Counted from the stretch's first letter, positions 23,591 to 36,979 are shown. The stretch: 64,000 nt of DNA from Octopus vulgaris (GCA_951406725.2 OX597836.1:6014001-6078000), one strand, 5' to 3'. Notes: generated by a model not told the origin, from the letters alone. Numbers and translations: made by a program.

Positions 23591-24264
23591 TAAGTCGATA
23601 CACCTCAAAGTTGTTAAATATCTTATTCATTTATGTACGTCCTTTTATTGGTTTATTGGTTTCAGTCATTAGGTCGCGGCCATTCTGGGGCACCGGCTTT
23701 GGTGATATTTCCGATCGCTAGTCATTGCCGTCATCTGGTATGAAAGTAAACTTTCTCGACGGTAAATGGCCGATTAATTACAACGCGGATTATGAGATCG
23801 TAATTTCGTAGATCAATATCGCCACAAACTTTTCTTTCAAGTTGCTGTTGCTGCTGTTTTAGCCCCAAGAGAACCTCCACTATCTAGCAGACATATGATC
23901 AAAGGCAATCCAGCCGTGATCACCTCGCATTTGTGTAACATATAATGCATCCTGTGGCGATAATTTGACGCGAATCGTAATAGATTTAGGACAAAGAGCT
24001 CTTTGCGGTATTGGTTACGCTTCTTTGTGTTTCTCCGTTCGAATCCCACTGAGGTCGGCATTCGCCTTTCATCTACCTGGGACCGATGAAATAAAGTACT
24101 AACGTTCAGAGCGGCGGGTTCTCGGAATTGTTGGTGCATCAACCAATATGTCATGTGAGGTATGCTCCGCTGCTTTGTGTTGTTCCGAGTTCAAATCCAA
24201 CGATGCCTATGTCAAGTTCTATCCCGATTGGCTACGCTTTGTACAATATCTTCCATGGTTCAGG

Positions 24265-24516
24265 AGTTTCATTCATTAGACGGCGACCATGCTGGGGCAC
24301 CGCCTTGAAGAACTTTTGGTCGAATAAATCGACCGCGGTACATCTTTTTCTTTGTTTTGTTTATTTTATCGGTCTCCTTTGGCGTATTTTATCGGTCTCC
24401 TTTGCCGAATTGCTAGTTTTACGGGAACGGAAACACACCAACACCGGTTGTCAAGTGATGGTGGGGGACAATCACAGACACACACACACACTTTCACACA
24501 TTCAAGCACACACACA

Positions 24517-24566
<50 letters not shown>

Positions 24567-24790
24567 TTTGTTATCTGTTATCTTTATTCGTTTCAGTCAT
24601 TAGACAATGGCCATACTGGGGCACCACCTTGAATCTTTGGTTGAATGAACCAACCAGAGTACTTACTTTTTTAAGCCAGGTAATAATTCTATCAGTCTGT
24701 TTTGCTGAACCGCTAGGTTACGTGGATGCAAACACCATCAGCAGTAGTCAAGCGGAGGGTGGCGGAACAACGTACAGATGGGCACACAAA
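24265..24790 (-). mobile_element. Two family E 3' halves separated by (CA)n
   Basis: CCATGCTGGGGCACCGCCTTGAA and GGCCATACTGGGGCACCACCTTGAA. Confidence 0.78.
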
Positions 24791-24883
24791 CACACAGAGA
24801 AACACACACACAGAAACGCTCAAAAGAACACACACGTAAACATATATATATACATGTATGTACACACACATATATATATATAT

Positions 24884-24966
<83 letters not shown>

Positions 24967-24997
24967 TATACATACATACATATATATATATATATAG

Positions 24998-25057
<60 letters not shown>

Positions 25058-25207
25058 AAGTGTTTTCAAACATCTCTCGTGCCTTTAGCAGTAAATCTGC
25101 AGATGCAGAAATGTCTTCATCCATGATAAATGGAATTCTTAGAAAAATCTTGCAAAATTTACACATTCTAGTAGCGAAATAGAACTTCTTTCTTATTCTT
25201 AAGACAG

Positions 25208-25360
25208 AAAATTCCGCCGAGGTCGACTTTGCTTTTCATCCTTTCGGGGTCGATAAGATAAGTACCAGTTACGCACTGGGGTCGATATAATCGACTTAAT
25301 CAGTTAGTCTGTCCTTGTTTGTCCCCTCTGTGTGTAGCCCCTTGTGGGTAATAAAGAATT
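25208..25360 (+). mobile_element. SINE family A, 5'-truncated
   Basis: AAATTCCGCCGAGGTCGAC...CCCCTTGTGGGTAATAAAGAA. Confidence 0.88.
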
Positions 25361-25361
25361 A

Positions 25362-25500
25362 AATATATCCCTCTCTCAGATTCACACACTTATTGCAGTG
25401 ATCCTTCAGTTTTTCCGAGCCCTGTAAAAGAACTCCGAAAGTTGGTCCTCCAACAACGCCTTTCGCGAAACTCTTAAAACCAGAAACTCTTCCCCCCCCC
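25362..25500 (-). mobile_element. mariner MITE family D, partial
   Basis: CTCAGATTCACACACTTATTGCAG...GCCTTTCGCGA. Confidence 0.8.
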
Positions 25501-25523
25501 CTCTTGTGTGTGTATGTGTGTAC

Positions 25524-25911
25524 TCTTTTACTCTTGTACTTGTTTCAGTCATTTGACTGCGGCCATGCTGGAGCACCGCCTTTAGTCGAGCAAATCGACC
25601 CCGGGACTTATTCTTTGTAAGCCCAATACTTATTCTATCGGTCTCTTTTGCCGAACCGCTAAGTGACGGGTACGTAAACACACCATCATCGGTTGTCAAG
25701 CAATGCTAGGGGGCCAAACACATATATATATATATATATACATATATACGACAGGCTTCTTTCAGTTTCCGTCTACCAAATCCACTCACAAGGCATTGGT
25801 CGGCCCGGGGCTATAGCAGAAGACACTTGCCCAAGATGCCATGCAGTGGGACTGAGCCCGGAACCATGTGGTTGGTTAGCAAGCTACTTACCACACAGCC
25901 ACTCCTGCGCC
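25524..25911 (-). mobile_element. tRNA-derived SINE family E (full length, internal microsatellite)
   Basis: Minus strand GGCGCAGGAGTGGCTGTGTGGTAAG...GGTTCCGGGCTCAGTCCC; CORE-like CTTGGGCAAGTGTCTT; internal (TA)n; tail GACTGAAACAAGTACAAGAGTAAAAGAG. Confidence 0.92.
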
Positions 25912-25944
25912 TATGTGTGTATATGTGTACAATATGTATATATT

Positions 25945-26165
25945 TTATTCTTTTACTTGTTTTAGTCATTTGACTGCGCCTATGCTGGAGTCGACCGCAG
26001 GATTTATTCTTCGTAAGTCTAGTACTTATTCTATTGGTCTTTTTTGCCGAACCGCTACGTTACGGAGGCTATAGTTGATGACACTTGCCCAAGGTGCTAC
26101 GCAATGGAACTTAACCCAGAACCATGCGGTTGAGAAACAACCTTCTTACAACAAAGCCACTCCTA
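25945..26165 (-). mobile_element. SINE family E with internal deletion
   Basis: Head and tail joined without the microsatellite region. Confidence 0.8.
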
Positions 26166-26168
26166 AAG

Positions 26169-26249
<81 letters not shown>

Positions 26250-26252
<3 letters not shown>

Positions 26253-26440
26253 GAAAGGGTGCTGAAAAGTTCCTGGCTTTGGGCGAAAGAAAATCCAGGA
26301 GGATCAGTTAATTATGATTTTATTCAATATATTTTTCACTCATATTCAAACACTTATTGCGGCGGTCCTTCAGTTTTTCAAAGTCGTTTAAAAGAACTCC
26401 AAATGTTGGGCCCCAGCAAGGCCTTTCGCGATATTCTTAG
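26250..26440 (-). mobile_element. mariner MITE family D next to (TA)n
   Basis: GGGTGCTGAAAAGTTCCTGGCTTT TIR and shared body. Confidence 0.82.
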
Positions 26441-26494
26441 AGATAGGCAAATGTCTACCTATCTCCATATCTACTTACACACCTAGCTAAGTAA

Positions 26495-26570
<76 letters not shown>

Positions 26571-26961
26571 ATCTGTATTTACTTATCTATCTACCTACCT
26601 ACCTCTTAGTGTACCTGTCTACTTACCTACTTACGTATCTATTTATCTATCGATATAACTTCACAAAGAGATGAATTCTGAAAAGAGACGATTGGACGCA
26701 GTCCTTAGTGTGAGGCAAGGAGGGATTCAATTATATTATTCCCTAAAATATGAAACATGACACGTTACTCTAAACTATCATTAATACTTCCCTTCTACTC
26801 TCTCCTATTCCCACTCTCCTACTCTCCCTCCCACTCTCCTACTCTCCCTCCCACTCTCTCCCCTGTTCTCGTTCCTCTCCTTCTTTCTCCTTTTCTCTCT
26901 GTTCCTTTACGCCTAATCCCTTCTCAAGTTCCAGGTTATCTCTCATATATCTCACCCTTGT

Positions 26962-26999
<38 letters not shown>

Positions 27000-27084
27000 A
27001 CTATTGTCTTACTATCATCTGGATTGATTTTATTTTCAGTCTCTTATCTAAATTAGCTATCTCTCCATCTATATTCCTATTTCT

Positions 27085-27159
27085 CTATCCATCCGTCTAT
27101 CTATCCATCTATCTACCGGTTTATCTATCTATCTGTCTATCTATCTGTCTATCTATCTG

Positions 27160-27221
<62 letters not shown>

Positions 27222-27242
27222 CGTCCATCTATACATCTATCC

Positions 27243-27301
<59 letters not shown>

Positions 27302-27334
27302 CGTCCATCTATACATCTATCCATCTATCTATCC

Positions 27335-27397
<63 letters not shown>

Positions 27398-27470
27398 CGT
27401 CCATCTATACATCTATCCATCTATCTATCTATCTATCTAGCCATCCATCCTTCTATCCATCTATCTAGCA
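27085..27470. repeat. (CTAT)n with higher-order repeat
   Basis: CCGTCCATCTATACATCTATCCAT recurs at 27221, 27301 and 27397. Confidence 0.9.
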
Positions 27471-28379
27471 AACTTTCCATTTGTCTACAGAGCTGTTCTT
27501 CGCCTCATATTGTTGTTTTTGCAGCCCCAGTTACCAAATAAAGAATGAATTATTATTGTCGTTGTTGTTATTGTTATTATGTCTAGCCTACCCTTCTCCC
27601 CCCATGTTATTTCTTGCCCTCATTTCTTTTCATCTCTCTCTATCTTTTTGTCTCACTCTCTCTCTCTCTCTTTCTCTTTCTGTGTCTCTCCCTCTCTCTC
27701 CTGTCTCTTTTCTGGTTCCTTACTCTTCCTGCTTAGATTTCTCTCCCCGTCACTCATCACACCCTAATTCTCTCTCCCACCCCTCTTCCTTTTCCTTTAC
27801 CTCACACCTTATCCTTTAAAATTGTTCCTGTCTCATAACAACACCCACCCCCAATGCTTTCAGCACACACACAAACACACACACACGCACACACTCACAC
27901 ACACACGTACACACATTCACTCTCTCCCTCCCCTTTCACTTCCCAGACCTTTCCCTCTCTTCCAGTCTCACGTGTCATCTTCACCTTCCTTTCGGCTTCC
28001 CTCATACTTCTCCCCTTAGTTTCACTTTCACTTTAAACTCTCCCACCCAGCTTCAACTATCTCATGTTCGTTTGTCTCTCACCCCATTTCTCTTCCTCCT
28101 TCTCTCTTTCCTTATTCTTCTTCTTCTTCTTCTCTCTCTCTCTCTCTCTCCTTTCTCCTACCCCTCTTCCACCCAATCAGTACCTCTCTACTTCGATCTC
28201 TCTTTTCGTCTATCTCTCCAGAACGATAGCAAAGCAAAGTGTTCCAAATGTACCCCGATCGTGCCACTACAATGAACGCCAACCCCGTACACATGTGGTC
28301 CCCCAACCCACCCCCCAATAAAAAACTACCGCCACAACCACCACCGCTGCTGGTAACTCTTAAACCATCGTCACATCGA

Positions 28380-28613
28380 AACAACACCACCACTATTATT
28401 ACAACCGCCACCACACTCACAACCACCGCCACCACTACCTCTGCTACCAATACCGTTGCTACTACTACTACTACTACTAATAATAATAATAATGATAATA
28501 ATGATGATGATGGCGAGGATGATGACGATGATGACGATGATGATGATGATCATGATAATAATAATAATAGTGATGATGATGATGCTGATAACAATAATAA
28601 TAATATTATTATT

Positions 28614-28673
<60 letters not shown>

Positions 28674-28765
28674 AAGAAGAAGAAGAAAGCGACCACCACC
28701 TCTACCATGACTACAAACCCTACTATTATTGCAATTAGTATATGTACTACTACTACTACTACTAC

Positions 28766-28805
<40 letters not shown>

Positions 28806-28818
28806 AATAATACTACTG

Positions 28819-28866
<48 letters not shown>

Positions 28867-29362
28867 TTACACTAATTCCGTTCTTGTAGCATGCCCACCC
28901 TCTGTCACCCCTATATGACTGCCAGCACCGCCACCACCGCCACTCTCATCGCCTTGATCACCACCACATCTAACAATAACAACAACAACAACAACATCAA
29001 GATTGACATTGAACCGATCAGATACCCTATACATTGTCAGTCAACCTGCTAGAAGTAGCAGCCAAGCGTCCAGCAGATCACACCTTAAGCATTTTGTTTT
29101 TGTTTATTTTATTTCATTTTGTGTGTTTATTACACAATATAAATCAGACAAAGATTGCCTACATGTTAAGAGCCACCACCACCACCATGAAAAGAAAGAA
29201 AAAATGTCAGGATCGTCACGGCTGGAGTGCTTTTCTTTATAGCTCAGCTCAATTAAGGCTCAGAGGGAACTTAGCAACAACATCAACAAAGACACAAAAA
29301 AAAAAGCATTAATATTCAGACTGACTCCATTAACTCATGCAACATGGCCACATGAACTCAAC

Positions 29363-29408
<46 letters not shown>

Positions 29409-29706
29409 CTACTACTACTACTACTACTACTAGTACAGTCACCACAACTACCACTACTAATACTACTAATACTACTAACCTCCACCACCACCACCACAAC
29501 CATGCTACTCCTACTTTCACCACCACTGCTACTATTGCTACTACTACTACTACAACCATTAAAGCCACCACTACTACTACTACCACCACCACCGCCGCCA
29601 CATACCACCACTCCTAATACAACCACTACTACGACCACCACCACTACAACTACTATCACTCCCACGAATAACACCACCACCACTACCACCATCACCACCA
29701 CTACTA

Positions 29707-29749
<43 letters not shown>

Positions 29750-29970
29750 AAGCAGCACCAGACCAACACCAACACCGTTATTTGACAACTACCACCACTA
29801 CAACCCACAAGTATCATCCTCATCATCACCGTCCTCATCATCACCGTCCTCATCATCACCATCATCACCATCATCTTCATCATCATTATCACCATCATCA
29901 TCATCACCATCATCATCACCGTCCTCATCATCACCGTCCTCATCATCACCATCATCACCATCATCTTCAG

Positions 29971-30002
<32 letters not shown>

Positions 30003-30314
30003 CCATCACCATCATCTTCATCATCATCACTATCATCAGCACCATAATCTTCATCATCATCATCATCATCACCATCATCCTCATCATCATCATCACCATC
30101 ACCATCATCATCACCATCACCATCATCATCACCATCACCATCATCATCACCATCATCATCATCATCATCATCATCATCACCATCATCCTCATCATCATCA
30201 TCACCATCATCATCATCACCATCACCATCATCATCACCATCATCATCTTCATCATCACCATCACCATCATCATCACCATCATCATCATCATAATCATCAT
30301 CATCACCATCATCC

Positions 30315-30347
<33 letters not shown>

Positions 30348-31325
30348 CCATCACCATCATCATCACCATCATCATCTTCATCAACACCATCACCATCATC
30401 ATCATCACAATCAAAGCTTGTTACTTCACTACCAATAATAAAAGCAAAACAAAGAAAAATATCGATGAGTCCACCATCACCACCACCACCACCATCTTCA
30501 ATAATATTAACATGTAGAACAACAACAACAACAACACAAACTTCAATGTTACCACCATCGTCAACATCATCAACATCACCAACAACAACAACACCACCGC
30601 CACCACAACCATCGACAGCGCTAACACCACCGCTGCTACAAACGCCACCACCATCAACTCCACCACCACTACCATCGCTACCACCTCCATCATCATCATT
30701 ATTATTATCGCAACCATTGCCATCAGTAATACCACTACAACCACCGAAACAACCACCGCCACCGCTGCGCCATCATCGCCACCACCATCAAACACGACCA
30801 TCGTCGCGCGCCACCGCCATTACGATCACTTCAACCACTACCACCATCATCACCACCACCACAACCAACGTCGCCATCAACACCACCACCGCCACCACCA
30901 TCAGCACCATCGTTACCACCATCATCACCACCACCACCATCAGCGCCGCCGCCGCCGCCGCCAGCACGATCACTTTCACCACTGCCCTCACCACCGCCTC
31001 CACCACCACCACTGCCGCCGCCACCCTCTTCCCCACCACCATCGGCACCCTCAGCCGTCGCCGCCACCACCACCAGCCCGATCACTTTTACCACTGCCCT
31101 CACCACCACCAACACCACCAACACCACCAACACCACCTCCACCACCGCCGTCACCAACTTCCCCACCATCACCACCATCGACGCCACCGCCGACAGCTCA
31201 ATCACTTTTACCACTGCCATCACCACCACCACCACTACCACCACCACAACTACCACCACCGCCACCATCTTCCCCACTATCACCACCATCGACACCCCCA
31301 TCAACCCCACCGCCGCCGCCGCCAT
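28380..31325. repeat. ~3 kb trinucleotide low-complexity field (ACT, AAT, GAT, AAG, CAA, CAT, CAC, CGC)
   Basis: Direct reading; contains a family G repeat at ~29030-29290. Confidence 0.92.
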
Positions 31326-32195
31326 ATCAGATTCCGTTCCTCTACAGTCGAACGTGTGTAATGTTTTGCAACAATCCATGACGTAATTCTATGTTGCAGT
31401 TTGTGTGTATAGGTCATGTGATGCACACCGATGTATCGTTGAGTGCGAGAGTCACGCGAGAATTGAACATTTTAATATTTTAACTGCCGTTTACTCTTGC
31501 ACTTGTTGTTGCTGTTGTTGTTGTTGTTCCTGTTGTTGTTGTTGATGTTTTAAGTAAAGAGAGAAAATTATTAGATCAACAATAAATATATTTGTTTTTC
31601 TTCCGTTATATCAAAATAATTAACGGAATAATTAAATAAGATGATTGTCAAATTTATTTTATCGATGCACATCTCGCGAATAGCAGCACACGTGTATGTA
31701 GGTAGGTAGGTAGGAATGCTTTGGAAGTATGCGTGTGCGTCTGTGTGTCTTTGTATGTATGCATTTGTGTATGTGAGTGGTGTATATTTATATAAACCAC
31801 TCACATACACAAATGTTGTGTGTGTGTGTGTGTGTAAAGATATTTAATATAAGTGTGTATGTGTATATACATACATGTATTTTAGGCATACAAAAATTGT
31901 TTTGCATTTTTTCATATTCATATTTTATACTATATGTATGTGTGTATATATATATGTGTGTGTGTGTGCGTGTGTGTCTGTGTGTGTATGTTTGTGTGTG
32001 TGTGTTTATGTGTGTGCGTGTGTGTACACATATATGCATACAGTGTGTGTACACACTCACCTACATGTATATGTATGAAATGCAAGTAAATATTTTAAAA
32101 TTTATATATATATATATGTGTGTGTGTGTATATATATATATAAATATATATATATATGTATGTATGTGTGTATGTGTGTATGTATGTATATTATG

Positions 32196-32251
<56 letters not shown>

Positions 32252-32252
32252 C

Positions 32253-32364
<112 letters not shown>

Positions 32365-32624
32365 CAGGGTAAGCATGTGTGTGTGTTTTATGTGTATGTA
32401 TGTTTATTGATGTGTGTGTGTGAGAAGGACTAGTTTGTATGTATGCAATGATGTGTTTACAGAATTCTTTTGATTACTTTTTTCAGCCGTAAATTAAATT
32501 AAATCATAAATTAAATCATAAATGAAAAATTATATATTTTGTATATTTGCACATATATACATATACTTATATATATAAGATATATATATTCTAAATATCT
32601 CGCTATCTCTCTCTATCTCTCTCC

Positions 32625-32684
<60 letters not shown>

Positions 32685-33471
32685 ATACAGATATACATAT
32701 ATCATATATGTATAAGTTGTATCTGGAGTGTGTGTATATATATATATATGTGTGTGTGTTTGTGTGTGTGTGTGTATGTGTGTGTGTTCGAATGTGAGAG
32801 ATAATGTAAGTCTGTGCACGTGTGTGTGCGTGTCTGTGTGAGTGCTTATATATACATATATATGTATGTATGTTTGTATATATAATTGTATATATATGCA
32901 CACACATATATGTATGCATATACATATATGTGTGTCTATGTATGTATATGTGTATCTCTCTCTGTCATATATATATATATAAATATTGTCATATTAGCTA
33001 GCATCATAATTTGGTTTTAACAACCGAAGTTTCCTCGCATCTTTACATTTATCGCAGTTACATTTCATGAAGCGAATCATCTCTGATATCGCAGCTGGAG
33101 GAAACGAAAACTCGACGACCATTTTGCCGATATGCATTTCAGCCGCCTACAGTTTGGCATACATAAAACAGAGTCTTGTTCAAGGAGAAAACGTGTCGAC
33201 CGGTCCACTTATAGAATCTATGACATACAAATATAAACCAAACGTCCTGAATACTTAGGCGTGTATAATATTAAATCTAAACACCGTCTTCACTGTGATG
33301 AATGGCAGAACTCTGAACTATGCTTGTGAAGACCCACCATCGTTTAAGATATATGCCATGAATAACTGTAGTTATGATGTTATACACTCTCATGCATTCA
33401 CTTCTCTGATAGATGTATGTATGTTGTACGTGTATAAGTAAGTGTCGTTCGTCGATATATTTATATCGCCA

Positions 33472-33663
33472 TGATAGATCGCTAGCCGCTAAGCCGTTTT
33501 TATTTTCTCTCTCTGATTATGTCTGTGTTCCTTTCTGTGGAAGAGCGTAGGCTCGAAACGTAAAAGACTTTCTCGTTTCCCGATCGTTAAACTAATGCAT
33601 CTTTTTTTTTTGTTTACACACCCTTCTTCGTCTTTTGTTTTGTTTTCTTTTTTTGTAAATTCC

Positions 33664-33667
<4 letters not shown>
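33472..33667 (+). mobile_element. Short Penelope-end-like element with hammerhead-like core, ending at (TA)n
   Basis: CTTT CTGTGGA A GAGC GTAG GCTC GAAAC GTA AAAG at 33531-33566. Confidence 0.6.
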
Positions 33668-33701
<34 letters not shown>

Positions 33702-33750
33702 ATCTAGCTAGCTAGCTTTCTATCTATCTATCTACCCATCTATCTATCTA

Positions 33751-33792
<42 letters not shown>

Positions 33793-33794
<2 letters not shown>

Positions 33795-34005
33795 GTGACC
33801 GCGTGTGTACCGTTGGCGATATTTTTTTCCTCTGTCTTCCCTTCTCTGGATCTTTCCTTCTCCTATGTTTCCGACGAGTAGAATTCCTCTCGAAACGTTA
33901 AACTCTCCTTCTTTCCTTCTTTCCTGAGCGTCCAATAATACTATATTTGTTCCACGTCCTCGCGTTGTTGTGTTTTTTTTGTGCTTTCTTGTTTGGATTA
34001 ACTTT
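33793..34005 (+). mobile_element. Second short hammerhead-like element between (TA)n tracts
   Basis: GTTT CCGACGA ..CTC GAAAC GTT AAAC at 33867-33903; CCTGAGCGTC motif shared with 6965-7130. Confidence 0.55.
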
Positions 34006-34024
34006 ATATATATATAAACACATA

Positions 34025-34372
34025 TATCTTGTCCTGTTGTCAAAATCAGGATACGGGAATCATATGAAGTCACATGAAAATCGAAGCCAGACGGTTAATA
34101 AATTTGAATGCCGAACGCCTTTTACGACTTGTGTCATATGTCACCAATCTTGTAAGACAACATCAGGACTTAATAGACATGAGTTAGTTGAGAAAAAACA
34201 TTCCTTCAGAATCGGATTTACAAAGGGCAAAGATGTACTTCAATAATATCTGTCACTTTTGTTTTATACCCTCTCAGTCAGTCAGTCAGTCAGTAGCCGG
34301 CATTAAAAGTCATCTAAGAACTCAACAGAGGGACTCTTCGGCATGGTGTACGTGTTGATGGAACGGCTATCA
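34025..34372 (+). pseudogene. RTE-type LINE 3' end with degenerate C2H2 fingers
   Basis: LSKSGYGNHMKSH; CVICHQSCKTTSGLNRH; AGIKSHLRT; followed by (CAT)n. Confidence 0.65.
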
Positions 34373-34384
34373 TCTGTCAATGGT

Positions 34385-34713
34385 CAACATCATCATCATC
34401 ATAATCATCTTCATCATCACCATCATCACCATCATCACCATCATCATTATCATTATCATCATCATTATCATCAGCATCCTCATCATCATCACCATCATCA
34501 CCATCATCACCATCATCATCATTAACATCATCATTATCATCATCAGCATCATCATCATCATCATCATCATCTTCATCATCACCATCATCACCATCATCAC
34601 CATCATCATTATCATTATCATCAGCATCATCATCACCATCATCATCATCATCATCACCATCATCACCACCACCATCATCATCATCATCATCGTCATCAGT
34701 ATAATTATCATCA

Positions 34714-34715
<2 letters not shown>
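34385..34715. repeat. (CAT)n/(CAC)n trinucleotide repeat
   Basis: Direct reading. Confidence 0.95.
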
Positions 34716-34756
<41 letters not shown>

Positions 34757-35364
34757 CACGTGTATGAACACATACACACACGCATATATGTAATAATAAT
34801 ACATAGGCAGATAATGTAGCTAGATAGATAGATGTAGACATTTAGAGGAAGGTCAATAACCTGTTCTTTTGCCTAAATTTTCTGCGGGAATAATAGAGAC
34901 CCGTTTTTGTTTTTGCTTTCATTTTTTTTATTTTATTTTGTTTTTGTTGTTGTTTTTTTTTCATCTTGAATGCAGTCGTACTCTGACTAACCTGCTGGCA
35001 ACCTGTAAAAAAAATTGAGTTTGAAAATAAATTACGAAATAATACGAGGAAACCTGGTCTTGTTGAACTTTCTAATTACCGTCTTCGCCTTTCGTGCAAA
35101 ATTCCTTACAGCCACTTCCGTTTCTTTCAAGCTTACTTCCTTTCTTTTTCCGATTCTCGTCTCTCATCGTAAATTTGTCTTCAACATTCCAGAGAAAGCC
35201 TTTGGACAAAGGACGTGTTCGCTATTCCCAAACGACTAAATCATAATTTATCCATATACATCTACATCTTTTAATGCCCCTATCATTCCGGACTACTAAT
35301 GTCTTAGCTCATTGCATTGACTATCCCGTCTTTTTTTTGTTTTGTTTTTTCCTTTTAAACCAAA

Positions 35365-35756
35365 TCTCTCTCTATATAAAGCTGAAATTGTCAGTGTATG
35401 GCAGGTTTGGTCGCCTTCAACTAACACTATCTCCTCCGAGACCCTGCTGAGCAAGTTGAATAAAATTGAGAGTATGATAAAAGAAGGCTTGCTCTTCATT
35501 TCGTAGAAGAAAAAAATTAAATCGCATCATGTTAACACCAAAAATTATTTACATCAAAAAGGTGCTTTTTTCTATGAAAATCCCTATTTTTTACAATTTT
35601 TTGACTGCTGTGTCGCCATTTTTCGATGTATTTCAACCAGAAAAATGTTCACTTAAAGAAAATAACAAGCTACATAATGCAAAGTTTTTCACTTTTCAAA
35701 AATTCCAATTCTAAAGGGTCGAACCAAACCCGAGCAACGCCGGGCGACACTGCTGG
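35365..35756 (+). mobile_element. Non-autonomous Helitron (~390 bp)
   Basis: 5' TC(TCTCTCTATATAAA); 3' hairpin CCCGAGC-AAC-GCCGGG, 8 nt, then CTGG (CTRR); lies between A and T, no TSD. Confidence 0.78.
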
Positions 35757-36087
35757 TTATATCTAATGCTACGTCATCCAATGTGACATTCTGTTTTGTT
35801 TTGTTTTTATTTATTTTTATTTAAACTGCGTTTCTGATAACAATGATCCTTAAATGATAGGAGGGAATTTTAAGTCTCGAATACTGCTTGTCCTGTCCTA
35901 ATTATTGTTCTTGATATTATTTATGTTGTTAATTTCTTATTTTATGTTAAGCTGGTCTTTCCTGGGAGCATTGACGGAAAGAAACATCAATCACGCCCTT
36001 TTCATTGTTTCGTCAGCAATAGTACAAAGCACCTGGCCCCTTATTAGCCAATATGTCCTCGACTCAAAAATAGCAATCGTTTCAACT

Positions 36088-36582
36088 GTTTCAAATTTTG
36101 GCACAATGCCAGCAATTTCAATATGCGTTGGTGGTGGGTAGAGGTAAGTCGATTGCATCGCCCCAGTGCACTACTGGAGAATATTTTATCGATTACGAAA
36201 GGATAAAAGGTAAAATTGACTTCCGCGGTATTTGAACTCAGAACCAAAAGAGCCGGAAGAAATCTGAGGAAAGGGAATACGATTACATCAACCCCAGTGC
36301 ATTACTGGTAGTCAGGTTTATCAAACTTTGGAGGCATGTAATTAAAAACTGACCACATGGCGTAAAGGGTAGGAAGAAAGACCGTTGAGCATTTTATCCG
36401 ACGCACCGAAGATTCTGACAGTTCACCGCCTTAATAACCCTTTCTTCAGTAGGCACATGGTCTGAAACTTTGGAGGGGGACTGGTCTATTACATCGATCT
36501 TAGTGCTAAATTAGCACTTATTTTATCGACTTCGAAAAGACGAAAGGCAAAGTCCACCTAGGCAAAATTTAATCTCAGAGTG
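36088..36582 (-). mobile_element. Three degenerate family A SINEs
   Basis: TTTCAAATTTTGGCACAATGCCAGCAATT; TTTGAACTCAGAAC; GAAAGGCAAAGTCCACCT. Confidence 0.72.
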
Positions 36583-36933
36583 CAGATATCTGAACGGACC
36601 AATATCTCAACGCTGTGAATTCAGCGCCTCCAAGATAGAAAGTTGTTTCTCACTATGAAATAAAGCACCATCACTGGAATTTGGATGCTTTAGAAAAAGT
36701 GTTTTGTTATCTTCTATTCCGTTTCTTAGCCAGTGACTAGAAGCTTGCTTGTGGTGCCTGTCAGATGGTCATTCTTCTTTGCCTGAAAATCCTTGGTGTT
36801 CAAGTCTGTAATTGTAACGTTTGCTAACATAGAGCCAAGTCTAACAATATTTATTGTTATAAATACGAATTCAAGAAGGGCAGATAAGCTTCAGTTTTTG
36901 TAGATGTCCATAACTATTCTATGACGCTATATG

Positions 36934-36979
<46 letters not shown>

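Noticed and set aside
29337-31361. Poly-His / mucin-like / Pro-rich proteins
   Set aside because: Open in several frames and both strands from trinucleotide repeats; embedded repeat element; no splice or domain support
33947-34246. Host C2H2 zinc-finger gene exon
   Set aside because: No TGEKP linkers, frameshifted, ends like a LINE 3' end
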